In this document: positions 63,531-64,000 of the stretch, piece by piece | Position numbering within the stretch: the first letter of the stretch is position 1 | Layout: each line of letters starts with the position of its first letter | IMG/VR virus record: IMGVR_UViG_3300037337_000170 | Location: 64,648 to 128,647 of that record | Strand: one strand, 5' to 3' | Origin: a virus | Length of the DNA: 64,000 nt | Made by a program: the position numbers and the translations under genes | The notes under the pieces: model-generated | What the model was told of the DNA's origin: nothing | Seen by the model: only the letters and a program-made list of their open reading frames with translations | The model's database searches: none

Positions 63531-63664
63531 AATATTTAGGTGGGTAGTGTAGTAATTTTGAATATTTGTTGAGGTTCGTATACAGTCACTGATGGGTGCA
63601 CCGAGGTACTTACTGAGGATTTTCAAAAAGCCTAAACCGTGCATTGCCCACCCACCTAAATGTT
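63531..63664 (+). ncRNA. Putative long-stem ncRNA
   Basis: Own promoter; AATATTTAGGTGGGT pairs with ACCCACCTAAATGTT; no ORF. Confidence 0.45.
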
Positions 63665-64000
63665 TTACTTTTATTACTAGATGTGTTATAATAACTTATG
63701 TTCAGGGGGAATGGAAGAATATTTAGGAAGATTGGTTGGTTTTGATGTTTAGAGTTCTATGGCTGGGTATATGTTAACCTGGTAGACGGCCCGCTTAGAC
63801 GGTGGGAGGCTGCAAGTTCGAATCTTGCTACTCAGACAGAAAACTTTAAACATCAAAACCAACCAATCTCCCAAAATGTTTTACTTTTATTACTAGATGT
63901 GTTATAATAACTTATGTTCAGGGGGAATGGAAGAATATTTAGGAAGATTGGTTGGTTTTGATGTTTAGAGTTCTATGGCTGGGTATATGTTAACCTGGTA
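63661..64000 (+). repeat. 216-bp tandem repeat (second copy truncated by window end)
   Basis: 63661-63784 is identical to 63877-64000. Confidence 0.9.
63763..63836 (+). tRNA. tRNA-Pro-like cloverleaf with aberrant anticodon loop (UUAGACG); pseudo-tRNA or tRNA mimic
   Basis: Acceptor CTGGGTA/TACTCAG+A, D-loop AACCTGGTA, anticodon stem CCCGC/GTGGG, T-arm GCAAG-TTCGAAT-CTTGC; no encoded CCA. Confidence 0.65.

Larger units (their letters stand above)
61883..63908 (+). repeat. Array of eight early promoters (TTTACT-N17-TATAAT)
   Basis: -35 boxes at 61883, 62091, 62548, 62755, 63058, 63476, 63664 and 63880. Confidence 0.8.

Noticed and set aside
63794-63801. Suppressor tRNA (UUA) or alternative genetic code
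   Set aside because: The anticodon stem register centres the loop on AGA, and core genes are intact and end normally at standard stop codons
61880-64000. CRISPR array
   Set aside because: The repeats are -35/-10 promoters with intervening segments of 190-460 bp; no cas genes are present

Overview
The window is a 64-kb segment of a large T4-like myovirus genome, with almost all genes on the + strand. Gene order: tail-fibre/chaperone cassettes (1-4 kb); core virion genes gp13-14-15-17-18-19-20-67-21-22-23 (4-19 kb); a minus-strand Hef-like endonuclease; an Acb1/57B-like 2H phosphoesterase, gp3, uvsY and uvsW; a late cluster of putative capsid-packaged enzymes (24-30.7 kb); lysis, fibre and head accessory genes (30.7-41.4 kb); gp55-47-46; a vWA-peptidase/CobS pair; gp45-44-62-regA-dexA-43-dam-uvsX-41; and a region of promoter-driven small-ORF and ncRNA cassettes (61.6-64 kb). 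Highlights: (i) an atypically split intein (36-aa IntN, 121-aa IntC) breaks the terminase Walker A motif, with a free-standing endonuclease between the halves; (ii) three promoter classes, including an unusual GTTTATT-N21-TATAAT class ahead of replication genes; (iii) four copies of an orphan promoter element that resembles T4 RNA-primed origins; (iv) an array of promoter-driven RNAs whose long terminal stems enclose tRNA-like or other payloads, next to a PPG leader-peptide attenuator-like element; (v) capsid-targeting-like N-termini on Acb1-like, ligase-like and nucleotidyltransferase proteins; (vi) a Dam methylase that shares the polymerase's C-terminal DLSEFF tail. All family calls come from motif recognition and synteny; no database searches were run.
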